This document shows, piece after piece, positions 1 to 9,814 of a stretch of 64,000 nt of DNA. A program made the translations under genes and the position numbers. The notes below the pieces were generated by a model that ran no database searches, was not told the origin of the DNA, and saw only the letters and a list, made by a program, of their open reading frames with translations. Position 1 is the first letter of the stretch; the number at the start of each line of letters is the position of its first letter. The stretch is from Candidatus Woodwardiibium gallinarum (GTDB lineage Bacteria > Bacillota > Clostridia > Oscillospirales > CAG-382): assembly GCA_904419545.1 (NCBI GenBank), contig CAJFRY010000003.1, positions 30,230 to 94,229 on the forward strand, read 5' to 3'.

Positions 1-31
1 ACGCATTTTATAACGCGTTCTTTTTGTTTAT

Positions 32-901
32 TTAAGATAGATTCAGACTGATTCCCGTAAATGCGGCCTGAACAGGGTCGTACATCAGCGTGATGCTGTT
101 GTTTTGACTCGAAATGTACAGCAAAAGCTCGCCGTCATAAGAGAAGCCGTCGTAGTTATAAATTTCCTCAAAGAACATATTCACGATTTGTGCACGGTAT
201 TCTGTGGGAATTCTGTAAAGTAAGTTGGTCAGTGCGTATAAAAATTGATCAACCATTCCCAATTTGCTGTTGTCGAACTCATAACCGTAGGTATAAATTT
301 CATATACCACTCTTAAAAAATCTTTTCCCTCTCCATATGCGTCACCAAGTTCTTTATGTGCTTCATTAAGAATTTCATTCGAAGCAAGAATACGCTCTTT
401 TGGAACGCAATGGTAATAAACGATATTGAAATCATAAGTCCGCAGCACGATGTTCAGAATATACTCGCGATTTTCGCAGCTTCGAAAGACAAGATCCTTA
501 ATGTAAATGAAAGCAGTGTCGGGAACAGATATTGCGGTGTCAAAAAACACATCGTCAGCCGCTTCGACCGAAGAAAGCATTTGCAAATAATTCTTGATCG
601 TCCCATTAAAATAATTCCGCAGATGTTCGGCGCTCGCCTCGTCCAGATCGCTTGTTCTCACACTTTCGGAATATCGCTCGGAATCGTGGTCGGCGATTTT
701 GTCCCACGGATAGAGCAGCAGCGGCTCCTTCGCGTCAACGAACAGCAGACGGCTGTCCGGCGCATCATGACGGACGATCGAGGCGTCATAGATTTTTGCG
801 TTACGGATGAGGAAAAATGAGCCGCACAGTCCCGCAGCAAGGATCAAGAGGATCAGCAGATAAGGCAGGAGCAGGCGTAAAAGTTTGCGTATTTTTTTCA
901 T
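32..901 (-). CDS. hypothetical membrane-anchored protein, third gene of the RR-HK operon (possible kinase accessory protein)
   Basis: N-terminal TM helix (LLRLLLPYLLILLILAAG). ATG at 901 overlaps the HK stop as ATGA, indicating translational coupling. RBS AAGGAG upstream. No family recognised. Confidence 0.55.
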   Translation of the reverse strand: MKKIRKLLRLLLPYLLILLILAAGLCGSFFLIRNAKIYDASIVRHDAPDSRLLFVDAKEPLLLYPWDKIADHDSERYSESVRTSDLDEASAEHLRNYFNGTIKNYLQMLSSVEAADDVFFDTAISVPDTAFIYIKDLVFRSCENREYILNIVLRTYDFNIVYYHCVPKERILASNEILNEAHKELGDAYGEGKDFLRVVYEIYTYGYEFDNSKLGMVDQFLYALTNLLYRIPTEYRAQIVNMFFEEIYNYDGFSYDGELLLYISSQNNSITLMYDPVQAAFTGISLNLS

Positions 902-2349
902 AATGCCGCTCCTTTCCTATCTTTTGTCCTTTGGCAGCGCAGGCTGACGGTGACGACCGTTCCCTTGCCGGGACTGCTCTTGACAGCCAGCGAAGCGCTG
1001 TGCCGCGCGGCGATCTCCGCGCAAAGCGAAAGTCCCAATCCGGCACCGCCATTCTTGCGCGAACGGGATTTGTCGGCCATATAAAACGGCTCGGCAATGT
1101 GCCGGAGCTGTTCGGGGTTCATACCCATGCCGTTATCTGTGACGGTGATGCGCAGGATGTCGCCGTCCGGAATAGCTTGCAGCATTACGAAGCTGCCCGC
1201 GTCGCTGGCCTTAATGGCGTTGTCAATTAAATTATACAGAAGGGAAGCGAACAGGGTTCGGTCCGCGCGGATCGTGCATTCGGCAGGATGGGCGGTGAAC
1301 GAGATTTCCTTCTTGACTGCCATCGGCATAATGGTAACGCGAATATCGGCAAACAGATCGGGAATATACACATCCTCAAATTCCAGCGGAGCGTTTTCGG
1401 TCGTGGACAATTCCAGCAGCTTGGCGGAGAGGTTTTTCAGCCGCTTCGTTTCTTCTAAGATAATACCTGCATATTCGGTGCGTTCCTTTTCGGTCATTGT
1501 CTTCTTTACACGCATGATGTCTGAAAATCCAAGGATGGATGTCAATGGTGTTTTCATTTCATGTGCAAAATTATCGACAAATTGCTTACGGCCGTCCGCA
1601 ATCGCCTTAAGCGCATTCACGTTTTCGTTGATGGAATCGGACATGACGTTGATGTTGCGCGCCAGCTCGCGGAATTCGTAGCCGCCGTGCTCCGGCAGCT
1701 TGAGGTCGTAGCTGCCGCCGGCAATTTTTTTTAGCATATGGTTGACGCGCTTGAGCGGAAGCAGTCGGTAAATCAGGAACGCGATGATCACCGCTGCGGC
1801 CACCGCTGCGCCAAAACTCACGATCGCCGCCCGCCGAAGTTCGGCATAATGACTATCGAAAATGCTGCTCAGGTCAGCCACTGTGATGATGATGTATGGT
1901 TCATTCTCGATATAGTTGCGCGAGCCGGTCAGCAGATAGTGCATCCCGCCGTCATTGAGCATGTAGGTGAGGACCTCGTTGTCGGATTCGCGCAGCGCGT
2001 CGGTGTATTCGGCACAATTCGAAAGCGGCTCAAAGCTGTCGGAACTGATGTTGCCGTTTTCGGTCAGCACGAGTGTTTTGCCGTCGACAATCAAAGGCTC
2101 TGCGGTCAGAGATACAATATGAGACTCCGCTTTCCCGGGCGACAGCAGCGGCACGTTGCTGCGTATCCGCTCGTACAACACATTATTTGTAATGGTGGAT
2201 ACAACGAAGCTGTGTTCGGACAGCCGCCGCTCGGTTTCCTGCCGAATAGAGGAACGGAAGTTGTTTAACAGCACCAGCAGTGTCGTACCGCCGGCAGCAA
2301 GGATAACGCAGGCGAGCGAGATGCAGAAAACTTTTTGCCAGAGTTTCAT
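898..2349 (-). CDS. sensor histidine kinase (two TM helices, HisKA + HATPase_c)
   Basis: H-box FAHEMKTPLTSILGFSDIM. C-terminal ATPase motifs (DNGMGM, GGAGLGLSL). Two TM helices flank a roughly 150-aa extracytoplasmic domain. Confidence 0.85.
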   Translation of the reverse strand: MKLWQKVFCISLACVILAAGGTTLLVLLNNFRSSIRQETERRLSEHSFVVSTITNNVLYERIRSNVPLLSPGKAESHIVSLTAEPLIVDGKTLVLTENGNISSDSFEPLSNCAEYTDALRESDNEVLTYMLNDGGMHYLLTGSRNYIENEPYIIITVADLSSIFDSHYAELRRAAIVSFGAAVAAAVIIAFLIYRLLPLKRVNHMLKKIAGGSYDLKLPEHGGYEFRELARNINVMSDSINENVNALKAIADGRKQFVDNFAHEMKTPLTSILGFSDIMRVKKTMTEKERTEYAGIILEETKRLKNLSAKLLELSTTENAPLEFEDVYIPDLFADIRVTIMPMAVKKEISFTAHPAECTIRADRTLFASLLYNLIDNAIKASDAGSFVMLQAIPDGDILRITVTDNGMGMNPEQLRHIAEPFYMADKSRSRKNGGAGLGLSLCAEIAARHSASLAVKSSPGKGTVVTVSLRCQRTKDRKGAAL

Positions 2350-2390
2350 AAAATGAAATCAAACTCCTTTTTGTGCCGTCCGGCGCCGTT

Positions 2391-3050
2391 TCAGCGGCCT
2401 TTTTCCAGACGATAGCCGAGCTTGGGGATGGTAATCAGCTTGCCCTTGAGACCCATCTTGCGTCGAAGCTGCTGTACGTGGATATCCACCGTGCGGCTTT
2501 CGCCTTCAAAGCGGTAGCCCCATACCGAGGCCAGCAGCCGTTCACGGGTGAGTGCAATGTCGACGTTTTGCATAAAAAAGACCAGCAGCTCAAATTCCCG
2601 AGGGGTGAGGGTGATCGCCGTACCGCCTTTTGTGACGGTGTGGCGGTCCACGTCGACCACAATGTCGTCATAAGTCAGCAGGCTATTGCTTTTGTGTACG
2701 CGGCGCAGCACCACTTCGATGCGTGCCAGCAGTTCGACGGCTTCAAAGGGTTTGACAATATAGTCCTCTGCGCCAAGGCGCAGCCCTTTGACCTTGTCGG
2801 AAACATCCTGCAGGGCAGTGAGAAAGATGACCGGCGTTTCCTTGTGGCGCACCTGTTCCATGACCGAGAAACCGTCCTCGCCGGGCAGCATAATGTCCAG
2901 CAGCACCAGATCGTAGCCGCCGTACAGGATCATATCCACTGCCGATTTGCCGTCCGCACAGGACGCGAAGGTATGTCCGACAATGGACAGCGCCGCTTCA
3001 ATCATTTTTGTTATATTTTCATCGTCCTCGACAATGAGAATTCTTGCCAT
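2391..3050 (-). CDS. OmpR-family DNA-binding response regulator
   Basis: Receiver domain (ILIVEDDE, LLDIMLPGEDG, phospho-acceptor Asp context) plus a winged-helix C-terminal domain. RBS AAAGGAGAGG lies 7 nt upstream of the ATG. Confidence 0.9.
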   Translation of the reverse strand: MARILIVEDDENITKMIEAALSIVGHTFASCADGKSAVDMILYGGYDLVLLDIMLPGEDGFSVMEQVRHKETPVIFLTALQDVSDKVKGLRLGAEDYIVKPFEAVELLARIEVVLRRVHKSNSLLTYDDIVVDVDRHTVTKGGTAITLTPREFELLVFFMQNVDIALTRERLLASVWGYRFEGESRTVDIHVQQLRRKMGLKGKLITIPKLGYRLEKGR

Positions 3051-3188
3051 GCCGTTTCCTCTCCTTTATCGGAATCTACCATAAAGCTCCGAGATGCTAT
3101 GAGATGCAGCCGGTGCGCGGGCTCATAGCGTCTCCATTATATCACGTGAAACCGAAGAATGCAATCGGCGTATTCGGCTTCGGCGCAG

Positions 3189-3210
3189 CTTTTGCATTTC
3201 TTTTGCATTT
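3189..3210. promoter_or_regulatory. perfect tandem 11-bp direct repeat CTTTTGCATTT x2 in the divergent intergenic region; candidate OmpR-family RR binding site
   Basis: Read directly from the sequence. It lies between the RR-HK operon start (3050) and the C39-like peptidase start (3383). Confidence 0.3.
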
Positions 3211-3382
3211 TTATGCGGACTCGAAGCCCTGGCCGGCTTTATACTGATTAAACACAATGAAAATATTTCGATATCAGCTGCAAACTGCTTGCAGATATGC
3301 CGCGCCATATCTGTTTTTTTGTGCGGCGCAGCCGCATCGGCTGCCGGTTATATAACAACTGTGAAAAGGAAGAAGGATTCAT

Positions 3383-4099
3383 ATGAAAAAAATCGGAAGT
3401 TTTATCATTTTACTTGCGTTTGCAGCATTTGTTGGTATGGCCGTTTATTGGTGTGCGTATGATGCAGCAACAACCCGGACGACACTTCCGATTTTGTTGA
3501 ACGTACCGTACATCAATCAGCGGGCGGATTATCCCACCGGCTGTGAATCGGTTTCCGCCGTGACGGCTTTACGGTATTTGGGGGTGGATATCTCCGTGGA
3601 TACGTTCATTGACGACTGCCTCGATATCGGCGCACCCCCTCATTATGAAGACGGTATCCGTTACGGCTGCGACCCGTACGAGGCATTCCCCGGCGACCCG
3701 CGTTCTTCCAAAGGCTATGGCTGCTTTTCACCCGTGATTGAGCGCGCCTGTATCCGCGCAGTTGGCACGCAGCCTTACACGGTTGAGCGGTTGAGCGGAC
3801 TAACGCTGGATGATCTTTGTATTCGGTACATCAAAAATGGCATTCCCGTTATTGTTTGGGCGACCATCGATATGACCGCTCCGTCGCCCGGCAGCACGTG
3901 GATTGTGCGGGAAACGGGAAGGACAATCCAGTGGATGACGCCGATGCACTGTCTGCTGCTGGTTGGCTATGACGATGAAAACTATTATTTCAACGACCCG
4001 TGGCGTGACGCAGCCGTCGCTTATTCGCGCACGGACAGTGCGGCCGCGTATGATGGCTTCGGGCGGCAGGCGGTGGTTATCTATCCGGCAGACGTATAG
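3383..4099 (+). CDS. secreted C39-like cysteine peptidase family protein (Peptidase_C39_2 / BtrH_N-like)
   Basis: N-terminal signal/TM segment. The motif YPTGCESVSAVTALRYLG is typical of the C39-like family. RBS AAAGGAAGAAGG. Confidence 0.6.
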   Translation: MKKIGSFIILLAFAAFVGMAVYWCAYDAATTRTTLPILLNVPYINQRADYPTGCESVSAVTALRYLGVDISVDTFIDDCLDIGAPPHYEDGIRYGCDPYEAFPGDPRSSKGYGCFSPVIERACIRAVGTQPYTVERLSGLTLDDLCIRYIKNGIPVIVWATIDMTAPSPGSTWIVRETGRTIQWMTPMHCLLLVGYDDENYYFNDPWRDAAVAYSRTDSAAAYDGFGRQAVVIYPADV

Positions 4100-4428
4100 A
4101 TTTCGGTTTGGTGTCCAAGAAAAGATGAACACTGTAAGAGATATGCGCCTTTATGCCGATGCAATCTTTGCATCAGGACTCTTTCGGACACACTGAAAAG
4201 ATGCGAATTGTATGATACCATTGTGCCGCTGTATTTATTCAGCCGGATTTCGTTGGTTCGGGAACGCAGTCAATGCGGACTGAGCGTGTTTGCATACATT
4301 GGACAAAAGTGAACAGCCGTTAACGCGTTATTCATACATCCGTTGAAAGCAGATTCGGACGCTTCCAAGTTGTTTGAAAATGAAAAAACGAGACAGTTTG
4401 CTTGTACTCCCCTTGAATCAAAAAAAGC

Positions 4429-4488
4429 ATGTCCGTCCTGTGCTTGAAAAGCAGGACAGGCATGCTTTTTTGGGTTTTATCGGACAGT
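4429..4488. terminator. bidirectional rho-independent terminator between the convergent peptidase and nadC genes
   Basis: Long GC-rich hairpin (AAAAGCATG...CATGCTTTT outer stem) flanked by an A-run and by TTTTTTGGGTTTT. Confidence 0.6.
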
Positions 4489-4509
4489 TGCTGCTGTCCG
4501 CTTTTAAGC

Positions 4510-5349
4510 TCAAAGCTTATTCAAGTCAAATTTCAGGCTGATATCCAGTGCTTTCACCGAGTGGGTCAGTCCGCCGATGGAAATCAGATCCACACCGGTT
4601 GCCGCCACTTCCGCCAAATCGCGCTCACCCATATTGCCGGAGGCTTCCAGTACCGCTCGGCCGGCCGTAATTTTGACCGACTCCCGCATCAGCCCGCAGC
4701 TCATATTGTCCAGCATGATGATATCTGCGCCTGCTTCCAGCGCTTCGCGCAGCTCGTCAATGCTTTCGACCTCCACTTCGATTTTCAGCGTATGCGGCGC
4801 CTTCCGTTTTGCCGCGCGAACCGCCGGTGCAATGCCTCCGGCCGCCGCAATGTGGTTGTCTTTAATCAAAATGCCGTCTGAAAGGGAGAAGCGGTGGTTG
4901 ACCGCGCCTGCCGTGCGCACGGCATATTTATCCAGTTTGCGCAGGCCGGGCATCGTCTTGCGCGTATCCGTGATGCGCGCCTGCGTGCCTTCGACGGCGT
5001 CCATCGCCTTACGGGTAGCGGTAGCAATTCCCGAAGCGCGCTGCATCAGATTCAGTGCCGTGCGTTCACCCATCAGAATCGAGGCTGCGTTTCCGCTGAT
5101 CTCAGCAATGATGTCGCCTTTTTCGATGCAATCGCCGTCCGTTTTGTGCTTGATAAGAGAAACCTCGCCGCCCACCAGCTCAAACGTGCGTTCGGCGATG
5201 TCGATGCCGCAGATAATTCCGCTTTCTTTGGCACGGAACACGCCGGAGGCGAACGCGTCCTTTGGAACGGTGACTTCGGTTGTGATATCGCCGAACGGGG
5301 CGTCCTCTTGCAGTGTTTTTAGGATGATGTCATCAAATTCGTTATACAT
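4510..5349 (-). CDS. nadC: nicotinate-nucleotide pyrophosphorylase (quinolinate phosphoribosyltransferase)
   Basis: Full-length match to the QPRTase fold over 279 aa (e.g. GADIIMLDNM, ISIGGLTHS). Confidence 0.9.
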   Translation of the reverse strand: MYNEFDDIILKTLQEDAPFGDITTEVTVPKDAFASGVFRAKESGIICGIDIAERTFELVGGEVSLIKHKTDGDCIEKGDIIAEISGNAASILMGERTALNLMQRASGIATATRKAMDAVEGTQARITDTRKTMPGLRKLDKYAVRTAGAVNHRFSLSDGILIKDNHIAAAGGIAPAVRAAKRKAPHTLKIEVEVESIDELREALEAGADIIMLDNMSCGLMRESVKITAGRAVLEASGNMGERDLAEVAATGVDLISIGGLTHSVKALDISLKFDLNKL

Positions 5350-5355
5350 AGTGCT

Positions 5356-6912
5356 TCAGTCGGCAAGATAATGCGCGCCGACACTCTCCTTTCTGTCGAT
5401 TGCGCCGCGGACAATGGCGGATGCATTCATATACATATTGTAGACCTTAAACGCATATGGGTCGGTCAGACGCGTTTCATCCAATTCGGCACCGATGGCG
5501 TCGAGAATATCCTTGGCTGCAGCAAGTCCGCGATGCGTGCGTACTGCGCCGGCATATTCACTCATTGTATGTTTGATCTTTTTCTCGGTTCCGGCATAAT
5601 ATTCGAGCGGGCGGGTAAACTTCTTTCGTTCGGTTTGCAGCCGCACAGTCTTACCCTCGGCCGTGTTCGGACGGAAATGCGCATTGATATGCCGCGCGCA
5701 GCGGCGTCCGAAAACAAGACATTCCAGCAGTGAATTCGAGGCCAGGCGGTTTGCGCCGTGGATGCCGGTTTCCGCGCACTCGCCGCAGCAGTAAAGTCCC
5801 GGAATATTTGTCTGCCCGTCCAGATCGGAGCGGATACCGCCCATGAGATAATGCTGCGCCGGGCGGACAGGAATCCAGTCTTCGGTCAAGTGTATGCCGC
5901 GGTTTTCGCATTCGCTGAAAATGGTAGGGAAGCGGTTGGAGAAAAATTCGCGTGTCATTGAGGACACATCCAGGAAAACGTTTGTGTCGCCCGTGCGTTC
6001 CAGCTCCTTAATGATTTCGCGCGTAACGATGTCGCGCGGCGCCAGATCGGCAAGCTCGTGTCGGCCGGCCATAAACGCTTCTCCGGCTCTGTTGCGCAGG
6101 ATGCCGCCTTCGCCGCGCACGGCTTCCGAAATCAGGAACAGGCGCGACGCTTTGCCGGAGGAAATCAGCGTCGTCGGGTGAAATTGAATCAATTCCATGT
6201 CGCACACACGCGCGCCCGCGCGCGCAGCCGCGGCAATTCCGTCACCTACCGCGCCGAGCGGGTTGGTCGTGTATTCGTACACCTGCCCGACGCCGCCGGT
6301 GGCAATGATGATGTTTCTGCTGCGCAGCACTTTATAGTCGTCGCCGACGTGAATGAGCACGCCGGAGGCGGCGCCGTCCGCTGTCAGAATGTCCACGAGG
6401 TAGGACTCAAAGAAAAAGTGCAGGTTCTCCCGTTCCAGCGCCAACCGGCCGAGCTGCATTGTCGTCTCTTTGCCTGTTGCGTCACCGCCGCAATGGACGA
6501 TGCGGCGCATCCGATGCCCGCCTTCACGTGTAATCTGCAAATCGCCCTCCGGATTGACGTCGAACGGGATCTGCATATCTATAAGCGTGCGGATGTTTTC
6601 CGGCCCCTCCTCGACAAGCACCTTCACCGCTTCCACGTTGCACAGTCCGGCGCCGGCCTTCAGTGTATCGTCGATGTGGTTGACATAATTGTCATCCGCC
6701 GTCATCACTGCCGCGATGCCGCCCTGTGCAAGATAGGAGTTGCTTTCGTCGATGTTGGCTTTGGTGACCAGCGCCACCTGAAGCGCCGGATCGACGTGCA
6801 GCGCCGCGTAAAGGCCTGCGACGCCGGAGCCGACGATGATGACGTCGAAATCGTATGCGTCGGCTTCAAAGTTGTCAAAGCTGCAAAGGAATCTTCTCAT
6901 AATGCTAATCAA
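5356..6912 (-). CDS. nadB: L-aspartate oxidase
   Basis: FAD-binding GSGVAGL, plus RGEGG and HYxMGG motifs. The start is ambiguous: TTG at 6912 has a good RBS, and an ATG at 6900 is also possible. Confidence 0.88.
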   Translation of the reverse strand: MISIMRRFLCSFDNFEADAYDFDVIIVGSGVAGLYAALHVDPALQVALVTKANIDESNSYLAQGGIAAVMTADDNYVNHIDDTLKAGAGLCNVEAVKVLVEEGPENIRTLIDMQIPFDVNPEGDLQITREGGHRMRRIVHCGGDATGKETTMQLGRLALERENLHFFFESYLVDILTADGAASGVLIHVGDDYKVLRSRNIIIATGGVGQVYEYTTNPLGAVGDGIAAAARAGARVCDMELIQFHPTTLISSGKASRLFLISEAVRGEGGILRNRAGEAFMAGRHELADLAPRDIVTREIIKELERTGDTNVFLDVSSMTREFFSNRFPTIFSECENRGIHLTEDWIPVRPAQHYLMGGIRSDLDGQTNIPGLYCCGECAETGIHGANRLASNSLLECLVFGRRCARHINAHFRPNTAEGKTVRLQTERKKFTRPLEYYAGTEKKIKHTMSEYAGAVRTHRGLAAAKDILDAIGAELDETRLTDPYAFKVYNMYMNASAIVRGAIDRKESVGAHYLAD

Positions 6913-6936
6913 CCATACCTTTCCCGCTGTTGTGCT

Positions 6937-7851
6937 CTACAGCAGCTCCAGATCATAGGGTGTGTTCTGGTACACGAAATAATTCAGCCAATTGGAATAT
7001 AAAAGGTGCGCATGCGCCTTCCAGGTATTGACGGGAGGCAGCGCAGGATTATTTTCCGGGAAATAATGCTGCGGCGGCGGCGTGGCAGGGTTAATGGCGC
7101 GGTCACGCAGATATTCGAGCCGCAGCGTGTCGGTATCGTACTCGGGATGCCCGGTGATGTAGACCTCGCGGCCGTCGACGGAAGCGGCGATGTAAACGCC
7201 CGCTTCGGGCGAATCGGACAGCAGCAGCAGCGCCGGATTCGATTCGATATCGCTTTGGTTAACGTAGGAGTAGCGAGAGTGCGGCGCGCAAAACGTCTCG
7301 TTGAAGCCGCGCAGCAGGGGATGCGCGGGCAGCCGCGTGCGGTGGCGAAATACGCCGGAGAGCTTTTGCTCGAGCGGATGCTTGTCAATACCGTGGTTGT
7401 AATACAGTCCGGCAAACGCACCCCAGCAGACATACAGAGAAGTATAGACGTGCGTTTTGGACCATTCCATGATTGCACAAAGCTCGTCCCAATAATCCAC
7501 ATCGGCAAAATCCAGCCGTTCGACCGGCGCACCGGTAATAATCAAACCGTCGTATTTTTCCTTTTCGATGGAAGAAAAGGTTTTATAAAAAGTTTCCAGA
7601 TGCTCCGCAGCGGTGTTTTTGGAACGGTGCGAGGCAGTATTCAGCAGCGTAATATCAACCTGCAGCGGCGTGTTGGAAAGCAGACGCAGCAGTTGTGTTT
7701 CGGTCACGACCTTGGTCGGCATCAGGTTGAGAATGGATATTTTCAGCGGCCGTATGTCCTGCGAAACAGCGCGGGCTTCGTCCATAACGAAGATATTTTC
7801 GCTCTCGAGGACCTCTTTGGCCGGCAAAGAATGCGGAATTTTGATTGGCAT
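6937..7851 (-). CDS. metA: homoserine O-acyltransferase (MetA family)
   Basis: N-terminus MPIKIP and the conserved HTS core (ISILNLMP, VCWGA). Confidence 0.85.
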   Translation of the reverse strand: MPIKIPHSLPAKEVLESENIFVMDEARAVSQDIRPLKISILNLMPTKVVTETQLLRLLSNTPLQVDITLLNTASHRSKNTAAEHLETFYKTFSSIEKEKYDGLIITGAPVERLDFADVDYWDELCAIMEWSKTHVYTSLYVCWGAFAGLYYNHGIDKHPLEQKLSGVFRHRTRLPAHPLLRGFNETFCAPHSRYSYVNQSDIESNPALLLLSDSPEAGVYIAASVDGREVYITGHPEYDTDTLRLEYLRDRAINPATPPPQHYFPENNPALPPVNTWKAHAHLLYSNWLNYFVYQNTPYDLELL

Positions 7852-8004
7852 AGGTTGTTTTGCTCCTTACATTTTATCTATTATAGCATTTGTCGGCGTG
7901 CTTTTCAATAGAAAAAACGAATAAATGTTGCCAAAACGCTGGAAATCATACGGCAAAAGTGCTATACTATGCTCGTAATCGAAATCGGAAAGGCAGATCA
8001 CGGT

Positions 8005-8640
8005 ATGCAGACAAAGCTTTATACAATGACGGAGACGACACTTGATCAGACGGCGATAGAAGATTGCGCGGCTATCCTTCGCGCGGGAGGATTGGTGGCT
8101 TTCCCGACCGAAACGGTGTACGGGCTGGGGGCTTCCGCTTTCGAGGCGCTTTCCTGCGCACGGATTTTTGAGGTAAAACATCGTCCGGCGGACAAACCGC
8201 TGCTTTGTCATCTTGCCTCACTTGAACAGGCGGAAGAGCTTGCGTATTTGACCGATACGGCACGCGCGCTGATATGCCGGTATACACCCGGCCCGCTGAC
8301 GCTGGTACTGAAAAAAAAGCCCTGCGTACCGGATATTGTTTCCGCCGGCGGCGATACGGTTGGACTGCGCTTTCCCGCCAACCCCATTTGCCGCGCGCTT
8401 CTGCAGGCCTGCGGGTGCCCGGTCGCTGCACCGTCGGCCAATCTCTCGTCGCACCCCAGTCCGGTTACGGCCACGCCGGTGATCGGTTCGTTTTACGGCG
8501 AGATTGACGCCATCCTTGATGGCGGAAAAACGGCGCTCGGTACTCCCTCGACGATCATTTCGCTGGCGGACGGCAAACCCGCGCTTATCCGTGCAGGTGC
8601 GTTGCCGGAGGCGGAATGGAAGGAGATTTTAACTCTATGA
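8005..8640 (+). CDS. tsaC: L-threonylcarbamoyladenylate synthase (YrdC/Sua5 domain)
   Basis: YrdC motifs (FPTETVYGLG, CHLASLEQAEEL). The ORF-track start at 7969 looks over-extended; the ATG at 8005 has a GGAAAGG RBS. Confidence 0.8.
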   Translation: MQTKLYTMTETTLDQTAIEDCAAILRAGGLVAFPTETVYGLGASAFEALSCARIFEVKHRPADKPLLCHLASLEQAEELAYLTDTARALICRYTPGPLTLVLKKKPCVPDIVSAGGDTVGLRFPANPICRALLQACGCPVAAPSANLSSHPSPVTATPVIGSFYGEIDAILDGGKTALGTPSTIISLADGKPALIRAGALPEAEWKEILTL

Positions 8641-9242
8641 AGGTAATCGGCATCTGCGGCAGCAGCGGCAGCGGTAAAACCGAAGCGCTCCGCATTCTCG
8701 GCTCGGACGGTATGCCGGTGCTCAACTGTGACGAGGTTTCTCGGCAGGTGATGCAGCCCGGCAGTGCGTGCTGCCGCGAACTGTGCGAAGCATTCGGTAA
8801 GGATATTTTGTTGGCAGACGGCACGCTTGACAGAAAAAAGCTGTTTGAACTGACCTTTCATGATTCGGAAAAGCACCGTGCGCTCGGACACATTACGCAT
8901 TTTTACATCCTGCGGGCCATCGACGCCTGGCTGGATGCTCATCAAGCGGCTTCGGCAGTTGTCATTGAAGCGCCGTTGCTGTTTGAGAGCGGCCTGGATA
9001 AGCGCTGCGACGGCATCATTCTCATTACAGCGGACCGCACCGGAAAAATCGCACGCCTTGCCGCGCGTGACGGGTTGTCCGCAGATGACGCGGCACTGCG
9101 CTTGTCACGCCAGTTGGATGATACGTATCTCGCTTCGCGTTGTGATTTCGTAGTCGAGAATAACGGCTCACTGGAACAGTTTGCAGAAAAGCTGCGCGAG
9201 GCGGTCGGGAAGCTGCTTGCGTCGCCGGAAGGGAAGAAATAA
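8637..9242 (+). CDS. coaE: dephospho-CoA kinase
   Basis: P-loop GICGSSGSGKT at the N-terminus. Its ATG overlaps the tsaC stop as ATGA. Confidence 0.85.
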   Translation: MKVIGICGSSGSGKTEALRILGSDGMPVLNCDEVSRQVMQPGSACCRELCEAFGKDILLADGTLDRKKLFELTFHDSEKHRALGHITHFYILRAIDAWLDAHQAASAVVIEAPLLFESGLDKRCDGIILITADRTGKIARLAARDGLSADDAALRLSRQLDDTYLASRCDFVVENNGSLEQFAEKLREAVGKLLASPEGKK

Positions 9243-9246
9243 GCGT

Positions 9247-9807
9247 ATGGCCAAACGGAAAATTGGATTTGTACTGCTGCTGGCGTTTGTGCTGTTGGCC
9301 GCGATTGTCGCAGTCAAGCTATATCTTGACCGCAAAGCGTCCTTCCCTTTGACCTATCGGGAGCAGGTGGAGGCGCTGTCGTCCGAATATGGTGTGCCGG
9401 CACCGCTGATTTTCGCAGTTGTCAAGGCGGAAAGCGGTTTTCAGCCTGAGGCGCGCTCTCATGCCGGCGCCTGTGGTCTGATGCAGCTTATGCCGGCGAC
9501 CTACTGCGAGATTGCCGAACGGCTGGGGGAGCCCTGCGACGAAACAATGATTTTTGATCCGGAGCAGAATCTGCGCTACGGGGTGTATTATCTTGCGTAT
9601 CTCTATCATTATTTCGGCGATTATTATACAGCGCTTGCCGCTTACAATGCCGGTATCGGCCGCGTAAGCGGCTGGGTGGCGGATTCACGCTATTCGGCCG
9701 ATGGGGTGACGCTGCATTCGATCCCTATTGCAGAGACCGAAACATATGTCCAACGCATACGTGATTACGAGCAAACTTATACGGAAATTTTGGAAAAGGA
9801 AGGCTGA
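9247..9807 (+). CDS. membrane-anchored lytic transglycosylase (SLT domain)
   Basis: SLT catalytic motif (ESGFQPEARSHAGACGLMQLMPAT, AYNAG). N-terminal TM anchor. The start was moved to the ATG at 9247 (MAKRKIG). Confidence 0.8.
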   Translation: MAKRKIGFVLLLAFVLLAAIVAVKLYLDRKASFPLTYREQVEALSSEYGVPAPLIFAVVKAESGFQPEARSHAGACGLMQLMPATYCEIAERLGEPCDETMIFDPEQNLRYGVYYLAYLYHYFGDYYTALAAYNAGIGRVSGWVADSRYSADGVTLHSIPIAETETYVQRIRDYEQTYTEILEKEG

Positions 9808-9814
9808 AAATGAT

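Noticed and set aside
4100-4428. Small peptide ORFs (23-24 aa) in the 330-nt tail between the C39-like peptidase and its terminator, as possible bacteriocin-like precursors
   Set aside because: They have no convincing RBS, no leader or double-glycine motif and no conservation signal. The ORF that runs through the terminator hairpin cannot be real.
6058-7911. Two long plus-strand ORFs (314 aa and 301 aa) opposite nadB and metA
   Set aside because: They are Arg/Gly/Val-rich antisense shadows. The opposite-strand genes match NadB and MetA along their full length.
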